The notes: generated by a model not told the origin, from the sequence alone. A stretch of DNA of 64,000 nucleotides from Arcobacteraceae bacterium (GCA_965224485.1 CBDCZH010000015.1:224001-288000), one strand, 5' to 3'; positions 10,592 to 26,419 are shown, numbered from the stretch's first letter. Numbers and translations: made by a program.

Positions 10592-12019
10592 CTAACAAGA
10601 ATATGTAGATTTAAATTCAAAAGCAGTAGGTCTTGCTTCATCAGGCCATACTTGTGTTTCAAACTTATAATGTTGATAAATATCAACCATATCTTGTGTA
10701 AATGCAGGTTTTAAGAAATCATTATCTCTAATTAAAGCTTCTAATGAACCTCTTAAAGTATGAGGCATTTGAGGAATATTTCTTTCTCTAATCTCATCTA
10801 AAGGCATTTCAAATAAATCCTCATCCATTGGACCAATTGGTTCAATTTTATTTTTTATTCCATCAAGTCCTGCCATCATCATAGCAGCAAATGCTAAGTA
10901 AGGACAAGCAGTAGAATCAGGGAATCTCATTTCTATTCTAGTAGCACCTTCACCAGCACCATAAGGAATTCTACAAGAAGCTGATCTGTTTTTTGAAGAA
11001 TATGTTAAAATTGAAGGAGCTTCAAATCCTGGAATTAATCTTTTATAAGAGTTAGTTGACGGATTTGTAAATGAAGCCACTGAGCGTGCATGTTTAAACA
11101 CTCCACCAACATAATGTCTAGCCATTTCTGAAAGATTTGCGTACTCACCTTCTTTATAAAATAAGTTTTTTCCATCTTTCCAAATTGATTGATGTACATG
11201 CATACCATTTCCATTATCACCAAATAAAGGTTTTGGCATAAATGTACAAGATTTACCATTTAAGTGAGCAACCATTTTACAAACATATTTATACTTTTGA
11301 ACATTATCAGCAGCTTCAATTAAACCATCATAAACGATTCCAATTTCACCTTGTCCTTGAGCAACTTCATGATGTCCTAAGATAACTTCTAATCCAACTT
11401 GTTGCAAAACTTGCATCATTTCAGCTCTTAAATCAACCATAGTATCAGTTGGTTGAACTGGAAAGTATCCACCTTTAGTTCTAGGTCTATGTCCATTATT
11501 ACCAATATCATAAGTAGTATTATCAGACCATTCACCTTCTTCTGAATCAACTCTATAATATGACTCATTAATAGAATCAATAATTTTAACATCTTCAAAA
11601 ATAAAGAATTCATTTTCTGGTCCAAAATAAGCAACATCACCAACACCAGATTCAGTTAAGTGATTTAAAGCTTTCTTAGCAATAGATCTTGGACATTTTT
11701 CATATAATTCATTTTTATAAATATCATATACATCACAGATTACAATAATAGTAGAATCAGCAGTAAAAGGGTCTAGAAATGCTGTTCCAACTTCTGGTTT
11801 AAGTAACATATCTGATTCATTAATTGGCTGCCAAGCATCAATAGAAGAACCATCAAAAGGTAAACCATCTTCAAATACTTTTGCACTAACTGCACTTAAC
11901 ATATAAGATATATGATGCCACATTCCTTTTAAGTCAGTGAATCTAAAATCAACAAATTGAACTTCATTCTCTTCACAATATTTAAAAAACTCTTCAGCAT
12001 TGTTTACAAATTTACCCAT
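10592..12019 (-). CDS. glnA: glutamine synthetase type I
   Basis: [42 protein letters not shown]. Confidence 0.98.
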   Translation of the reverse strand: MGKFVNNAEEFFKYCEENEVQFVDFRFTDLKGMWHHISYMLSAVSAKVFEDGLPFDGSSIDAWQPINESDMLLKPEVGTAFLDPFTADSTIIVICDVYDIYKNELYEKCPRSIAKKALNHLTESGVGDVAYFGPENEFFIFEDVKIIDSINESYYRVDSEEGEWSDNTTYDIGNNGHRPRTKGGYFPVQPTDTMVDLRAEMMQVLQQVGLEVILGHHEVAQGQGEIGIVYDGLIEAADNVQKYKYVCKMVAHLNGKSCTFMPKPLFGDNGNGMHVHQSIWKDGKNLFYKEGEYANLSEMARHYVGGVFKHARSVASFTNPSTNSYKRLIPGFEAPSILTYSSKNRSASCRIPYGAGEGATRIEMRFPDSTACPYLAFAAMMMAGLDGIKNKIEPIGPMDEDLFEMPLDEIRERNIPQMPHTLRGSLEALIRDNDFLKPAFTQDMVDIYQHYKFETQVWPDEARPTAFEFKSTYSC

Positions 12020-12134
12020 TGGTATAACTCCTTAAATTTAATTATTATCTAGTTTATCAAAACTATTATAAGACTAAGGAAATTATATGTATATAAAATA
12101 TACAAAAAGTACTGAATTTATAAATTAATTTTAT

Positions 12135-12935
12135 TTAAAAGTGCACTAACTCTCTATCTCTTTTGTTAAAAATTGCACATTTGTTATAACCAACACTTTT
12201 TGCAAGTTTGACTACTTCATCATAAGCAAAACCAATTTGATTTAATTCATGTGCATCTGAACTAAAAGTAATAGGAATATCTAAGTCATATGCTAGTTCA
12301 AGAAGATCTCGCGAAGGATAAGTTTCATTAATTGGTTTTCTTAAACCTGCTGAGTTTATTTCTAAAACCATATTTGCTTTTTTGATTTCTTTTAAAGCAA
12401 AAAAAGCTAGTTTTTTTATATCTTTTGTAGGAAGGAAGTTAAATACTTTTATTAAATCAAAGTGCCCTACTATATCAAAAAGTCTACTTTTAGCCATTTG
12501 TTCTATAACGCTAAAATAATCTGCCCAAATGTCATTAATATTTTTTTCTTTATATTTTCCAATAAATTCAGGATTATCAAAACCCCATAAAGAAGAGTTT
12601 TTTTCTTGCATAAAATGAACTGAACCAATCAAATAATCAACATTAGCATTCAATACTTCATCTAAGATAAAAGCTCTGTTTTGCATAAAATCAACTTCAT
12701 ATGCTAATAATATCTTAATTTGATTTTTATATTTTTCTTTTAAAAAAAGAATATTTTCTTCGTATTTTTCTTTTTGATCTAAAGCCATTCTATATTTAAA
12801 ATCATAAGGCATTGGTGCATGGTCTGAGAAACCATAGACATCAATTCCAAGCTCTATTGCTCTTTTTACATAATCTTGGGTTTCACCATTTGCATGATTG
12901 CAAAGTTTTGTATGATTATGTAAATCAACTCTCAT
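12135..12935 (-). CDS. PHP-family histidinol-phosphatase (HisJ/HisK type)
   Basis: DLHNHT, FSDHAP, GSVH, GHFDL, SSDAH. Confidence 0.85.
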   Translation of the reverse strand: MRVDLHNHTKLCNHANGETQDYVKRAIELGIDVYGFSDHAPMPYDFKYRMALDQKEKYEENILFLKEKYKNQIKILLAYEVDFMQNRAFILDEVLNANVDYLIGSVHFMQEKNSSLWGFDNPEFIGKYKEKNINDIWADYFSVIEQMAKSRLFDIVGHFDLIKVFNFLPTKDIKKLAFFALKEIKKANMVLEINSAGLRKPINETYPSRDLLELAYDLDIPITFSSDAHELNQIGFAYDEVVKLAKSVGYNKCAIFNKRDRELVHF

Positions 12936-13697
12936 TTATTTATTTTTTTCTAACAATTCTAAAATTTCTAAATTTAAATTAATTCTTGAAAAAAACTCTT
13001 CTTGAGTGAAACCTTTATAAATAAAATCATTTGCTCCATATTTTAAGAACTTAGATATTATTTTTTTATTAATTTCGCCAGAAATAGCAATAATTGAAAG
13101 ATCTTTTTTTGAAAATTTCTTTCTTATTTCTCTTGTTAATTCTAATCCGTTCATATCTGGCATAATATAATCAATATAAACAAGTTTAATATCAGAATTA
13201 TTATCTAATATTTCTAAAGCCTCTTTAGCAGAAGTTGCACTTAAAACATTTAATCTATATCTTGATAATAAATCTGACATTTTTTGACAAACTACTGCTG
13301 AATCATCAACAACTAAAACTTTTATACTTTGATTAAGAACTATACGTTTTACCATCAAAACAGCATATTCTAAAGAATAAGAACCATCTTTTATCACATA
13401 ATCAACAATATTCTTTTTTCTAAATTTTTCTTCATTATCTTCTAAATTAGAACCTGTTAAAACAATACTAGCAATATCAAACTTTGTAACTAAATCAACT
13501 ACTTCACCATTAGGTGCATCAGGTAGTCCTAAATCAAGCAAAGCAACATCAAACTTACCCTTATATTTTAAAATAACATCAGCCGCTTCTTTAAGAGATT
13601 TTGCAAGAACACAAGTAAATCCAAGCTCAGTACTGATTAAACTTTGTAAGGCAGACGAAATTAATTTACTATCTTCTACTATTAAAATATTCGCCAT
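12936..13697 (-). CDS. tandem receiver-domain response regulator without output domain
   Basis: ILIVEDS...LLDLGLPD and VLVVDDS...IDYIMPDMNG. Confidence 0.85.
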   Translation of the reverse strand: MANILIVEDSKLISSALQSLISTELGFTCVLAKSLKEAADVILKYKGKFDVALLDLGLPDAPNGEVVDLVTKFDIASIVLTGSNLEDNEEKFRKKNIVDYVIKDGSYSLEYAVLMVKRIVLNQSIKVLVVDDSAVVCQKMSDLLSRYRLNVLSATSAKEALEILDNNSDIKLVYIDYIMPDMNGLELTREIRKKFSKKDLSIIAISGEINKKIISKFLKYGANDFIYKGFTQEEFFSRINLNLEILELLEKNK

Positions 13698-14149
13698 TAA
13701 AGTAATACCCCAGCCCCAGAAATTTTTGTACTTCTATTTTTCGCATAAATACGTTTATTATTTATAATATCGTACTTCCATATAGGAGCAGACTTTTTAA
13801 AATCTTCTACAAACTCATCAATTAACTCTAATGCAAGTCTTCTTTTAGGTGAACAAACACAAGCTATGTAAGAGCTTGTATGATTTAAAACATCACCCCT
13901 TGAATGAGCCATAAGAACAATAGCACCAAGTTTTTTTGCTTTTTCTTGCCATGAATCAAACCAAGAGTTTAATATAGGTTCATAAATATCAAAAGATAAA
14001 CCTTCAATATCATCTTCATCACGTACTACTCCAACAAAAGTAATAATAGCTCCAAAATTAGAGTTTCTAAATTCATCATACCAAGCATTTGTTATTTGTG
14101 TTACGGGTAAATCACCATCAAAAAGTTCTAATGCTTTAGTATTATTCAT
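13697..14149 (-). CDS. moaE: molybdopterin synthase catalytic subunit
   Basis: GAIITFVGVVR, FKKSAPIWK; ATG at 14149 avoids overlap with moaD. Confidence 0.92.
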   Translation of the reverse strand: MNNTKALELFDGDLPVTQITNAWYDEFRNSNFGAIITFVGVVRDEDDIEGLSFDIYEPILNSWFDSWQEKAKKLGAIVLMAHSRGDVLNHTSSYIACVCSPKRRLALELIDEFVEDFKKSAPIWKYDIINNKRIYAKNRSTKISGAGVLL

Positions 14150-14177
14150 TATTAATTTTTCATTATTCACTACTAAC

Positions 14178-14399
14178 TCATCCTCCACAAACAGGAGGTA
14201 ATAAAGAGACTTTATCTCCACTTTTTAAGGCTATATCTTTTGAGCTTATTAATGTATCATTTATTGCAACTGCACAGTTTTCTAACCAAGAAGAAATTTC
14301 ACTATTATCTTTTAAAATTTCACCTAACTGGCTTAAATTAGAAATATCGACTTCCATATTATTATGATTAATTGGTCCTAAAAATTCAATCTTAACCAT
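14178..14399 (-). CDS. moaD: molybdopterin synthase sulfur carrier
   Basis: C-terminal LLPPVCGG; next to moaE. Confidence 0.93.
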   Translation of the reverse strand: MVKIEFLGPINHNNMEVDISNLSQLGEILKDNSEISSWLENCAVAINDTLISSKDIALKSGDKVSLLPPVCGG

Positions 14400-14469
14400 T
14401 TTAACCCCTTATTTACCAAATTTTTAATATTATATCCAAATTATTACAATTTTCTAGAAAGATAAAACA

Positions 14470-15138
14470 ATGATTTTTTCAAAAATAGACTATATTAACC
14501 TATTACCTTTCCACATTTATACAAAAAGAAATATTAGAAATACGCAAGTTAAAGCTATCATAAATTATAAAAAATCCTATCCTGCTTTAATTAATAAAAA
14601 GTTTAACAAAAGAGAAGTAGATGCAGCTTTTATATCTTCAATAGCTTCAAGAAATAAAAAAAGTTTAGACTTAGGTATTGTTGCAAAAGGGGAAGTTACT
14701 TCTGTTCTAGCAATAAAAGGAGAGTATGAAGAAGATTTTGAGTCTTCTACTTCAAATATATTAGCAAAGCTTTTAAACATAGAAGGAAAGATAATTATTG
14801 GGGATAAAGCACTTAAATATTATCTTGAAACAAATAAAGATGAGTTCGTAGATTTAGCAAAAATTTGGAGGGACAAATATAATTTACCTTTTGTTTTTGC
14901 AAGATTATGTTTTAATTCACATGAAAAATATCTAAAAAAAATAACAAAAAAATTTAATAAAAGACATATTAAAATACCTAGATATATCTTACAAAAGTAT
15001 GCAAAAAGAACAGGCATAAAAGAAAAAGATATTCTAGAGTATTTAGAAAAAATTGATTATGCAATAAATACTAAAGAAAAAAAATCATTGAAATTATTTT
15101 TTAAATTATCAAAAAGGTTAAATAATGGAGCTTATTGA
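14470..15138 (+). CDS. mqnA: chorismate dehydratase (futalosine menaquinone pathway)
   Basis: [23 protein letters not shown]...LPFVFA. Confidence 0.85.
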   Translation: MIFSKIDYINLLPFHIYTKRNIRNTQVKAIINYKKSYPALINKKFNKREVDAAFISSIASRNKKSLDLGIVAKGEVTSVLAIKGEYEEDFESSTSNILAKLLNIEGKIIIGDKALKYYLETNKDEFVDLAKIWRDKYNLPFVFARLCFNSHEKYLKKITKKFNKRHIKIPRYILQKYAKRTGIKEKDILEYLEKIDYAINTKEKKSLKLFFKLSKRLNNGAY

Positions 15139-15892
15139 TTCATTAATATTAGGAATAATAGAAGGTATTACTGAGTTTTTACCTATTTCGTCAACTGGTC
15201 ATTTAATAGTAGCAAGTGAATTTTTAGGTATTGAACAAACCTCAATAAATAAAGCTTATGAAGTAATAATTCAATTTGCTGCTATTTTAGCTGTTATTTT
15301 AAATTATCCATCAAAGTTTACTTTTTCACATATTAACTTATGGACTAAAATACTTATCTCTTTTTTACCAATTGCAATAATTGGTTTTATTTTTGCATCA
15401 CAAGTAAAAGCATTGTTTTCTATACAAATAGTTGCTTATATGTTTATACTTGGAGGTATTGTATTTTTAATAGTTGAGAAATTTTATAATGAAAAAGAAA
15501 CTCATACCAAAGATGTGGAAGATGTAACATATAAACAAGCCTTATACATTGGTCTTGCTCAAATTTTTGCACTAATTCCAGGAACTTCAAGAGCTGGGTC
15601 TACTATAATAGGAGCAATGCTCGTAAAATTAAATAGACGCGCTTCTGCTGAATACTCTTTTTTATTAGCTTTTCCAGTAATGTGTGCAACAACAGCTTAT
15701 GATTTATTAAAACATCATGAAGAACTTTTTTCAAATGCTAATTTATTAAATTTAAGCCTAGGTTTTGTTGTCTCTTTTTTAGTTGCTTTCTTAACAATCA
15801 AACTATTTTTAAAGTTTATACAAAATTTTACTTTTGTAGCTTTTGGAATATATAGAATTATTTTTGGAATAGTTTTACTAATTATTTTTTAA
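15125..15892 (+). CDS. uppP: undecaprenyl-diphosphate phosphatase
   Basis: [21 protein letters not shown]. Confidence 0.96.
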   Translation: MELIDSLILGIIEGITEFLPISSTGHLIVASEFLGIEQTSINKAYEVIIQFAAILAVILNYPSKFTFSHINLWTKILISFLPIAIIGFIFASQVKALFSIQIVAYMFILGGIVFLIVEKFYNEKETHTKDVEDVTYKQALYIGLAQIFALIPGTSRAGSTIIGAMLVKLNRRASAEYSFLLAFPVMCATTAYDLLKHHEELFSNANLLNLSLGFVVSFLVAFLTIKLFLKFIQNFTFVAFGIYRIIFGIVLLIIF

Positions 15893-15908
15893 TATTCTTA
15901 GTAAAAAG

Positions 15909-16928
15909 CTATTTTAAAATATCATCTAGTATTAAACAAACAGCATTTTGTTTAATACTATTCTCCAAATCTTTACTCATTTTTTCAATATCAGAATCTA
16001 AAAAAGATAAAAAAACTTCTTTATTTAAATTATTCTCTTCTAAAATAAAGCACAAGTTTTTTAGCTCTAATACTTTAGAATTAAAATATTGGTGATTAGA
16101 GGCAGCATATTTATATGGAATAAAAAGTGTAGGCAGTTTATTTGCGCATAATTCCCATAATGTTGATGCCCCAGCCCTTGAAACAGCAAAATCAGCTTCT
16201 TTCATTTTTTTAGCTATATTTGTAGTAAAATCAAAAACATCAGCTTGTATGCCTAAGTTCTCATACTCTTGTTTTACTCTTTTAAAATCTTCTTTTCCAG
16301 TTTGGTGAATAATTTTTATGTTTTTTTGCTTTAATATTTTTGCAATACTAAGAGCAAAATCATTGATTATCAAAGCTCCTTGGGAACCTCCAAAAAAAGC
16401 AATAGTTTTAAGTTCACTTCTTAGTCTTGAGTTTTTAAAAAACGTATTAGATACGGGATAATCTTTAATCTTTGATCTATTATCAAAAGAGCTGTAAAAA
16501 CCATGTGAGAAACGAAGTGTAATTTTATTTAACTTCCCTAATACCGAATTTTGCTCATGTATATATAATTTTGTTTTAAAGCAAATAATAGCCGCAAAAG
16601 TAGCAGCAGCTGCTGAGAAACCACCAACTGATACAACTTTTGTAACTTTATACTTAGAATATATTTTAAGACAAAAAAACATTTTTTTAACAATATTAAA
16701 AAGTGATGAAAATTTTCCTAAAAAGTTTTTATTTACAACACCTCTTGTATCTAAAAAATATGCTTCTTTTAATCTTACATCATTTAAAAACCACTGTTTA
16801 TCTTGTCCATTAGAAGAACCTATAAAAATAACATCTATATCTCTACTTTTTAACTCAGATATAAAAGCATCAGCTACTTTTAAATGCCCGCCTGTTCCAC
16901 CGCCTGTTATAACAACTGTTTCTTTCAT
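15909..16928 (-). CDS. murG: UDP-GlcNAc:lipid I GlcNAc transferase
   Basis: TGGGTGGH, HEQN, GGSQGA, SRAGAST. Confidence 0.97.
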   Translation of the reverse strand: MKETVVITGGGTGGHLKVADAFISELKSRDIDVIFIGSSNGQDKQWFLNDVRLKEAYFLDTRGVVNKNFLGKFSSLFNIVKKMFFCLKIYSKYKVTKVVSVGGFSAAAATFAAIICFKTKLYIHEQNSVLGKLNKITLRFSHGFYSSFDNRSKIKDYPVSNTFFKNSRLRSELKTIAFFGGSQGALIINDFALSIAKILKQKNIKIIHQTGKEDFKRVKQEYENLGIQADVFDFTTNIAKKMKEADFAVSRAGASTLWELCANKLPTLFIPYKYAASNHQYFNSKVLELKNLCFILEENNLNKEVFLSFLDSDIEKMSKDLENSIKQNAVCLILDDILK

Positions 16929-18116
16929 TTACTTTTTTTCCTTATATGCCACATTTGAAATACTTAATACCAAACCTATGGAGATAGACATAGCCAAAAG
17001 CGAACTTCCCCCATAAGATAAAAATGGAACAGCAATTCCTTTTATTGGAATTAAACCAGATATTCCATAAGAGTTTATTAAAAATGCGATAATTATCATA
17101 AGACCAATTCCTAGAGTAAAAAGATGATAAATAGGATTTTTAACTCTATTACTTATTCTAAAAACTCTCCAAATTATTATATAAATAATACTTACTATAA
17201 AAAATAAACCTAATAAACCAATTTCTTCAGTAATTCCAGCTAGTACAAAATCTGTATGAACCTCAGACAAAAAACCTAGTTTTAAATTCCCATTAGCTAA
17301 ACCAGTACCAAATAATCCACCATTATTTATAGCATTTAAGGAATGTCCAACTTGATAAGGTTCGGGAAGTTCGTTTATTCTTAAATAATCATCGGCCCAA
17401 GATGGCATAAGTCCTAATATTTTATCTTGATTTAAAGCCCACCAAGAATATATTCTTTTAATTCTATGAGGAGCTGCTAAAATAAGTGATACTAAAGTAA
17501 TAATAGCAGCAGCTCCTAAAAATAAAAATATTTTAAAAGATCTATTTGCAAAAACTAGAAGTAAAATTAAAATAAGTCCCAATAAAACCACCTGACCTAA
17601 ATCTTTTTGCAAAAAAGCTACTAAAAAAACAACAAGAAAAAAAGCTCCAAAATAAGGAAGTAGTAATAAGAATTCTTCTTTTATATCCATTTTTTTAGGT
17701 TGTTCTAATACACGTCTTTGAAAAGACCAGGCAAGAAAATAAATAAATCCTATTTTAAAAAACTCAACAGGAGAGAGGGAGAAACCAGGAAGTCTAATCC
17801 ATCTATTAGCACCTCCTGCTGCAGTTACCATTGAAGCTGGTAAAAATGGCATTATTATCATAATGGCGAAAAATAATAAAAATAGTGTCATTCCAATTTT
17901 ATTTATTATTTTATCAGGATCAAGATGGGCTAAAAACCACATTAGGAAAATAGAAGTAAAACCAACTAAGCCTTGGCGTAAGAAAAAATGGAACTGGTTA
18001 TAATCATAATATACTACTGTATAAACAGAAAGTGAGTAAGAAAATATTATACTTGTAATTATTAATATTGATACAAATATGAAAAGTACATAGTCTGGTT
18101 TTGAATTAGTTTTCAA
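16929..18116 (-). CDS. ftsW: SEDS peptidoglycan polymerase FtsW
   Basis: GANRWI, SPVEFFK, LSEVHTDF, PFLSYGGSS; adjacent to murG. Confidence 0.92.
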   Translation of the reverse strand: MKTNSKPDYVLFIFVSILIITSIIFSYSLSVYTVVYYDYNQFHFFLRQGLVGFTSIFLMWFLAHLDPDKIINKIGMTLFLLFFAIMIIMPFLPASMVTAAGGANRWIRLPGFSLSPVEFFKIGFIYFLAWSFQRRVLEQPKKMDIKEEFLLLLPYFGAFFLVVFLVAFLQKDLGQVVLLGLILILLLVFANRSFKIFLFLGAAAIITLVSLILAAPHRIKRIYSWWALNQDKILGLMPSWADDYLRINELPEPYQVGHSLNAINNGGLFGTGLANGNLKLGFLSEVHTDFVLAGITEEIGLLGLFFIVSIIYIIIWRVFRISNRVKNPIYHLFTLGIGLMIIIAFLINSYGISGLIPIKGIAVPFLSYGGSSLLAMSISIGLVLSISNVAYKEKK

Positions 18117-18181
18117 TTAGTTTTCACTTTAAACATTTTTTTGGTAAAATCATTTTTTATTATATTATATTATGGATAAAT

Positions 18182-20047
18182 ATGTCTAAACAAATTACAA
18201 ACAAAATGACAAAAATAAAGAAAATATTTATAATTCTTATCTTTATTTTTTTAGCCCTAGCACTTTTATTAAGTTCACTTTTTGTAACAGTTAACAATAA
18301 AAGAAAATTACCTCAATTAAATAGCACGAAAAAAGAGCTAGCAATTAGAGGAGATATAATTAGTTTAGATAACTTTAAAATTGTATCGTCAAAAAAAATA
18401 TATAAAGCCTCAATAGATACTAGATATTTAGATACAAATAAAAAAGATCTTTTTATAAAACTTTTTTCAATATATTCCAATATTCCAACAAGTAAAATAT
18501 TAAAAAAAATAAATAAATCATTAAAAAGACCAGGAACTGTCGTATTATCTTATAATATCGATTCAAGAGCTGCAAAAAACTTAAAAGAATTAGGCTTCAA
18601 ACTTAGACGTTTAAAAGTTTTTAAATCAGTTAATATAGGTGGAAGTAAAATACTAAGAGGTTTAAGTGTAAATGAAAGTGGAGAAAAAAGACTTTATTCT
18701 TATGAAAATACATTAACCCCTGTTATTGGATACATTTCTAAGTATGAAACTAAAAAAGGAAAAACAAAGGTAAATGGTATAAAAGGTTTAGAAAAATCTT
18801 ATAATTCTTTACTGAATAAAACAACAGATGGTATTTTAAAAGGTAAAAGAGATGTTTTATCATATATATCTTTTAACAAAGACTCTATTATTGAAAATAG
18901 AGTTGATGGTGCTAATTTAATTCTAAATATTCCTTTAAAATTGCAGAAAAATATTGAACTTATTTTAGACCTATATAAAGAAAAATTAAGTGCAGATGAA
19001 ATTATTGTATCTATTATGCAAAGTCATACAGGAAAAATAATTTCACTTGCTAGTTCTAATAGATTTAATCCTCAGGCTATAAAACAAGAAGATATACCAT
19101 CATTAAACGTAACAGCAATTGAGCATCAATATGAACCTGGTTCAATTATGAAACCTATTTCCATAGCTTTAGTGCTTGATAAAAATAGAATCAAAAAAAA
19201 TGAACTTTTTAAAGCTTTTAATCAAGGAAAAAAGAATTCAAAAGGTGAATATCCAAAAGGTAAATATAAATTAGGAAGATATACCATTAAAGATGATCAT
19301 AATTTTAAAAAGAATTATCTTAGCTTAGATGATATATTTATTAACTCTTCAAATATTGGAACATTACAATTAGCTCAAAGGTTAAAAGCTAAAGAGTTTG
19401 TAAAAGGCATCAAAGATTTTGGCTTTACAAAAAAAACAGGAATTGATTTACCTTATGAAAAAATTGGAAAAATACCTAAAACATATAGATTTGCAGCAGG
19501 TGAGAGAGATGGTAAAGATAATGTATTTAAAGCTACTGTATCTTATGGTCAAGGTATGACTTCTACTTTTATGCAGATGTTAAAAGCATATTCTGTGTTT
19601 AATAATGAAGGTAAAATAGTAACTCCAAAAATCGTATCTCATTTAAATATAGCAAATATGAAAAGAATTACCTTAGATAATCAAGAGCAACCTCGGATAA
19701 TTAAAAGAAGCACCGCTCATGAAATTAAAAGACTTTTAATAAAAACTGTACAAAAAGGAACAGGAAAACGAGCCCAAGTAGAAGGTATTATTGTTGGTGG
19801 AAAAACAGGAACAGCACAAATAGCTAGACGTGGTAAATATTTAAAAAAATATATATCTTCTTTTTTTGGTTTTGCAAATGATGCAAATAATTCATATACA
19901 ATTGGGGTAACTGTATTAAACCCTATTTCAACAGGAAAACATTGGTACTACCATTATGCTTCACATTCAGCCGTTCCTATTTTTAAAGAATTAGTTGCAA
20001 ATTTAGTTTCATTAAATTATTTAAAACCTATTAAGAAAAATAAATAA
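18182..20047 (+). CDS. class B penicillin-binding protein (FtsI/PBP3-like)
   Basis: RGDI, YEPGSIMK, SSN, KTGTAQ; divergent from ftsW. Confidence 0.88.
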   Translation: MSKQITNKMTKIKKIFIILIFIFLALALLLSSLFVTVNNKRKLPQLNSTKKELAIRGDIISLDNFKIVSSKKIYKASIDTRYLDTNKKDLFIKLFSIYSNIPTSKILKKINKSLKRPGTVVLSYNIDSRAAKNLKELGFKLRRLKVFKSVNIGGSKILRGLSVNESGEKRLYSYENTLTPVIGYISKYETKKGKTKVNGIKGLEKSYNSLLNKTTDGILKGKRDVLSYISFNKDSIIENRVDGANLILNIPLKLQKNIELILDLYKEKLSADEIIVSIMQSHTGKIISLASSNRFNPQAIKQEDIPSLNVTAIEHQYEPGSIMKPISIALVLDKNRIKKNELFKAFNQGKKNSKGEYPKGKYKLGRYTIKDDHNFKKNYLSLDDIFINSSNIGTLQLAQRLKAKEFVKGIKDFGFTKKTGIDLPYEKIGKIPKTYRFAAGERDGKDNVFKATVSYGQGMTSTFMQMLKAYSVFNNEGKIVTPKIVSHLNIANMKRITLDNQEQPRIIKRSTAHEIKRLLIKTVQKGTGKRAQVEGIIVGGKTGTAQIARRGKYLKKYISSFFGFANDANNSYTIGVTVLNPISTGKHWYYHYASHSAVPIFKELVANLVSLNYLKPIKKNK

Positions 20048-20116
20048 ATCTTTTTATATTTTAAAAGAAAAAAAACATTAAAAATGCTATAATTCAAGAA
20101 AATTTCAAGGAATAAA

Positions 20117-20620
20117 ATGTTCGGTTCAAAAGATTTAAAAGTTTATGAATATTCAAAAGAAGAGTTAGAAAAGTTTCAATACGCAAAAATAACTACAACA
20201 AATGGTGTTATTTGGCTTAAATTATTTGTTAATGAAGTTGCAAATACAGTATCTAATTTTGCCTCTTTAGCAAATGATGGTTTTTATAATGGTTTAACAT
20301 TTCACAGAGTAATACCTGATTTTATGGCTCAAGGTGGTTGTCCAGACGGAACTGGTGCTGGTGGAACGGAATGGGCAATTGAATGTGAAACAAGTGCGAA
20401 CAAGCAAACACATAAAAGAGGATCTTTATCAATGGCTCATGCTGGTAAAAATACAGGAGGAAGTCAATTCTTTATAACTTTTGTAGCAACTCCACATTTA
20501 GATGGTGGTCATACAGTATTTGGAGAAATTCAAGATGAAGATGAAGATAGTTTTATTACACTTGATTCAATTTCGCAAGGTGATATCATAGAAACTATTG
20601 AGATTTTAGCTTCTAAATAA
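20117..20620 (+). CDS. cyclophilin-type peptidyl-prolyl isomerase
   Basis: FHRVIPDFMAQGG, SMAHAGKNTGGSQFFI, HTVFG. Confidence 0.96.
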   Translation: MFGSKDLKVYEYSKEELEKFQYAKITTTNGVIWLKLFVNEVANTVSNFASLANDGFYNGLTFHRVIPDFMAQGGCPDGTGAGGTEWAIECETSANKQTHKRGSLSMAHAGKNTGGSQFFITFVATPHLDGGHTVFGEIQDEDEDSFITLDSISQGDIIETIEILASK

Positions 20621-20640
20621 AACAATACAATAACTTAAAT

Positions 20641-20672
20641 AAAAAGCCAAAACATGTGTTTTGGCTTTTTTT
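20641..20672 (+). terminator. rho-independent terminator
   Basis: AAAAAGCCAAAACA-TG-TGTTTTGGCTTTTTTT. Confidence 0.85.
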
Positions 20673-20700
20673 ATATCAAGTGAATAAATAAAGGATTAGT

Positions 20701-20922
20701 ATGTGTGCTTTTTACGATAATGAAGAAAAAATTAAAAAAGGTGATACAGCTTTTTATAAAAATGAAAATATAATTATACTAAGTGCTAATCATATAAAAG
20801 AAAATAAAACTATGGATATTGTTTATATTAAAGATGATAAAAAGGCCTTAGATGAATACAAAATCAATATTCCTTATAAAACTGTTGGATATGGATTTAG
20901 TTTGATTAGAAGAGATTTTTAG
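20701..20922 (+). CDS. small hypothetical protein (73 aa)
   Basis: AAGGA RBS before ATG; no recognisable motif. Confidence 0.55.
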   Translation: MCAFYDNEEKIKKGDTAFYKNENIIILSANHIKENKTMDIVYIKDDKKALDEYKINIPYKTVGYGFSLIRRDF

Positions 20923-20955
20923 GTTTTTAGGTTTTTAGGTTTTTAGGTTTTTAGG
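20916..20955. repeat. 8-bp tandem repeat (TTTTTAGG)x5
   Basis: Read directly; first unit contains the ORF stop codon. Confidence 0.95.
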
Positions 20956-21024
20956 TAAGGATTGCGAGTTTATCTTTAGTTAAACGTAAATGTAAGAATA
21001 TTTCAATAAAAATTGGGCTAAAAA

Positions 21025-21068
21025 AAAGCTCTTACTTTAAACCAAGAAATGGTTAAAAGTAAAAGCTA
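21025..21068 (-). terminator. rRNA operon terminator hairpin
   Basis: AGCTCTTACTTTAAACCA / TGGTTAAAAGTAAAAGCT with an A-run on + (U-tract on -), downstream of 5S. Confidence 0.7.
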
Positions 21069-21083
21069 TAAAAAATACTTAAA

Positions 21084-21199
21084 TCTGGCAACGACCTACG
21101 TTTCGCACAAGGGGACCCTGCAGTATTATCAGCGATGAAGAGCTTGACTACCAGGTTCGAAATGGAGCTGGGTATTTCCTCTTCTCTATAATCACCAGA
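21084..21199 (-). rRNA. rrf: 5S rRNA
   Basis: Terminal helix CTGGTGA/TTGCCAG, CCATTTCGAACC; ends approximate. Confidence 0.95.
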
Positions 21200-21396
21200 A
21201 AAAAGTAATAAATGAACGGAAACGCAGAACTAAAGTTCTGTTCATAATAAAAATCATACTTTAGTATAATTTATTATTAATTCACTTATTACTTTCTTCT
21301 TAAAAGAATAAAGTAAAAATTGTTAAAGTCTTGTTTTGAACACTTAAATTATTAAGCATACACTTAATAAGATAGTAGCCATTGAAATAATAAAAA

Positions 21397-24297
<2,901 letters not shown>

Positions 24298-24667
24298 TAA
24301 TAAATAGAGTTAAACTCTATCGCTTTTTGATAATTATTCTTTGGCTACTATCTTATTAAATGTACAAGTACATTAATAATATAGTATTGTGTTCTATCTA
24401 TTTCTAGATAATTTAAATTTTGTTATTAAACTACTTTCATACGAAAATAATTTAACGAAAAAATTAAAGACTTTAACAATAAATTTTTAAATAACATGTA
24501 ACCTAAGTTACGTTTTGATCCGAAAATCAAATATAAATTCTACATGTAGAACTTATATTTAATTTACGATTCTTTTAATTAAGGCTTATAATCTTTATAA
24601 ACCGAACATAATACTCTGTAATATTTTAGTTACTAGCATAAGAAACGAATCTTATGCTACTTACTCT

Positions 24668-26186
<1,519 letters not shown>

Positions 26187-26407
26187 TGGTAGTTTGAAAC
26201 TGACAATATTTATAATTGTTACATTACAAAATCATCACTCAAAATAGTTTTTACTACAAGTAGTAAAAGCTTAATAGACAAAGATATGTTTTACCATATT
26301 CTTGTTTTCTAATATTATCAATATGTTTGTTTAACCTATGTCATATTACATAGTTAAACAGAGTATCATATTCGGTTTATAAAGATTACTCTTTTTAAAC
26401 CTTAAGT

Positions 26408-26419
26408 TGTTAAAGAACA
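26408..26419 (-). promoter_or_regulatory. rRNA leader boxA antiterminator
   Basis: Minus strand TGTTCTTTAACA vs consensus TGCTCTTTAACA. Confidence 0.75.
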
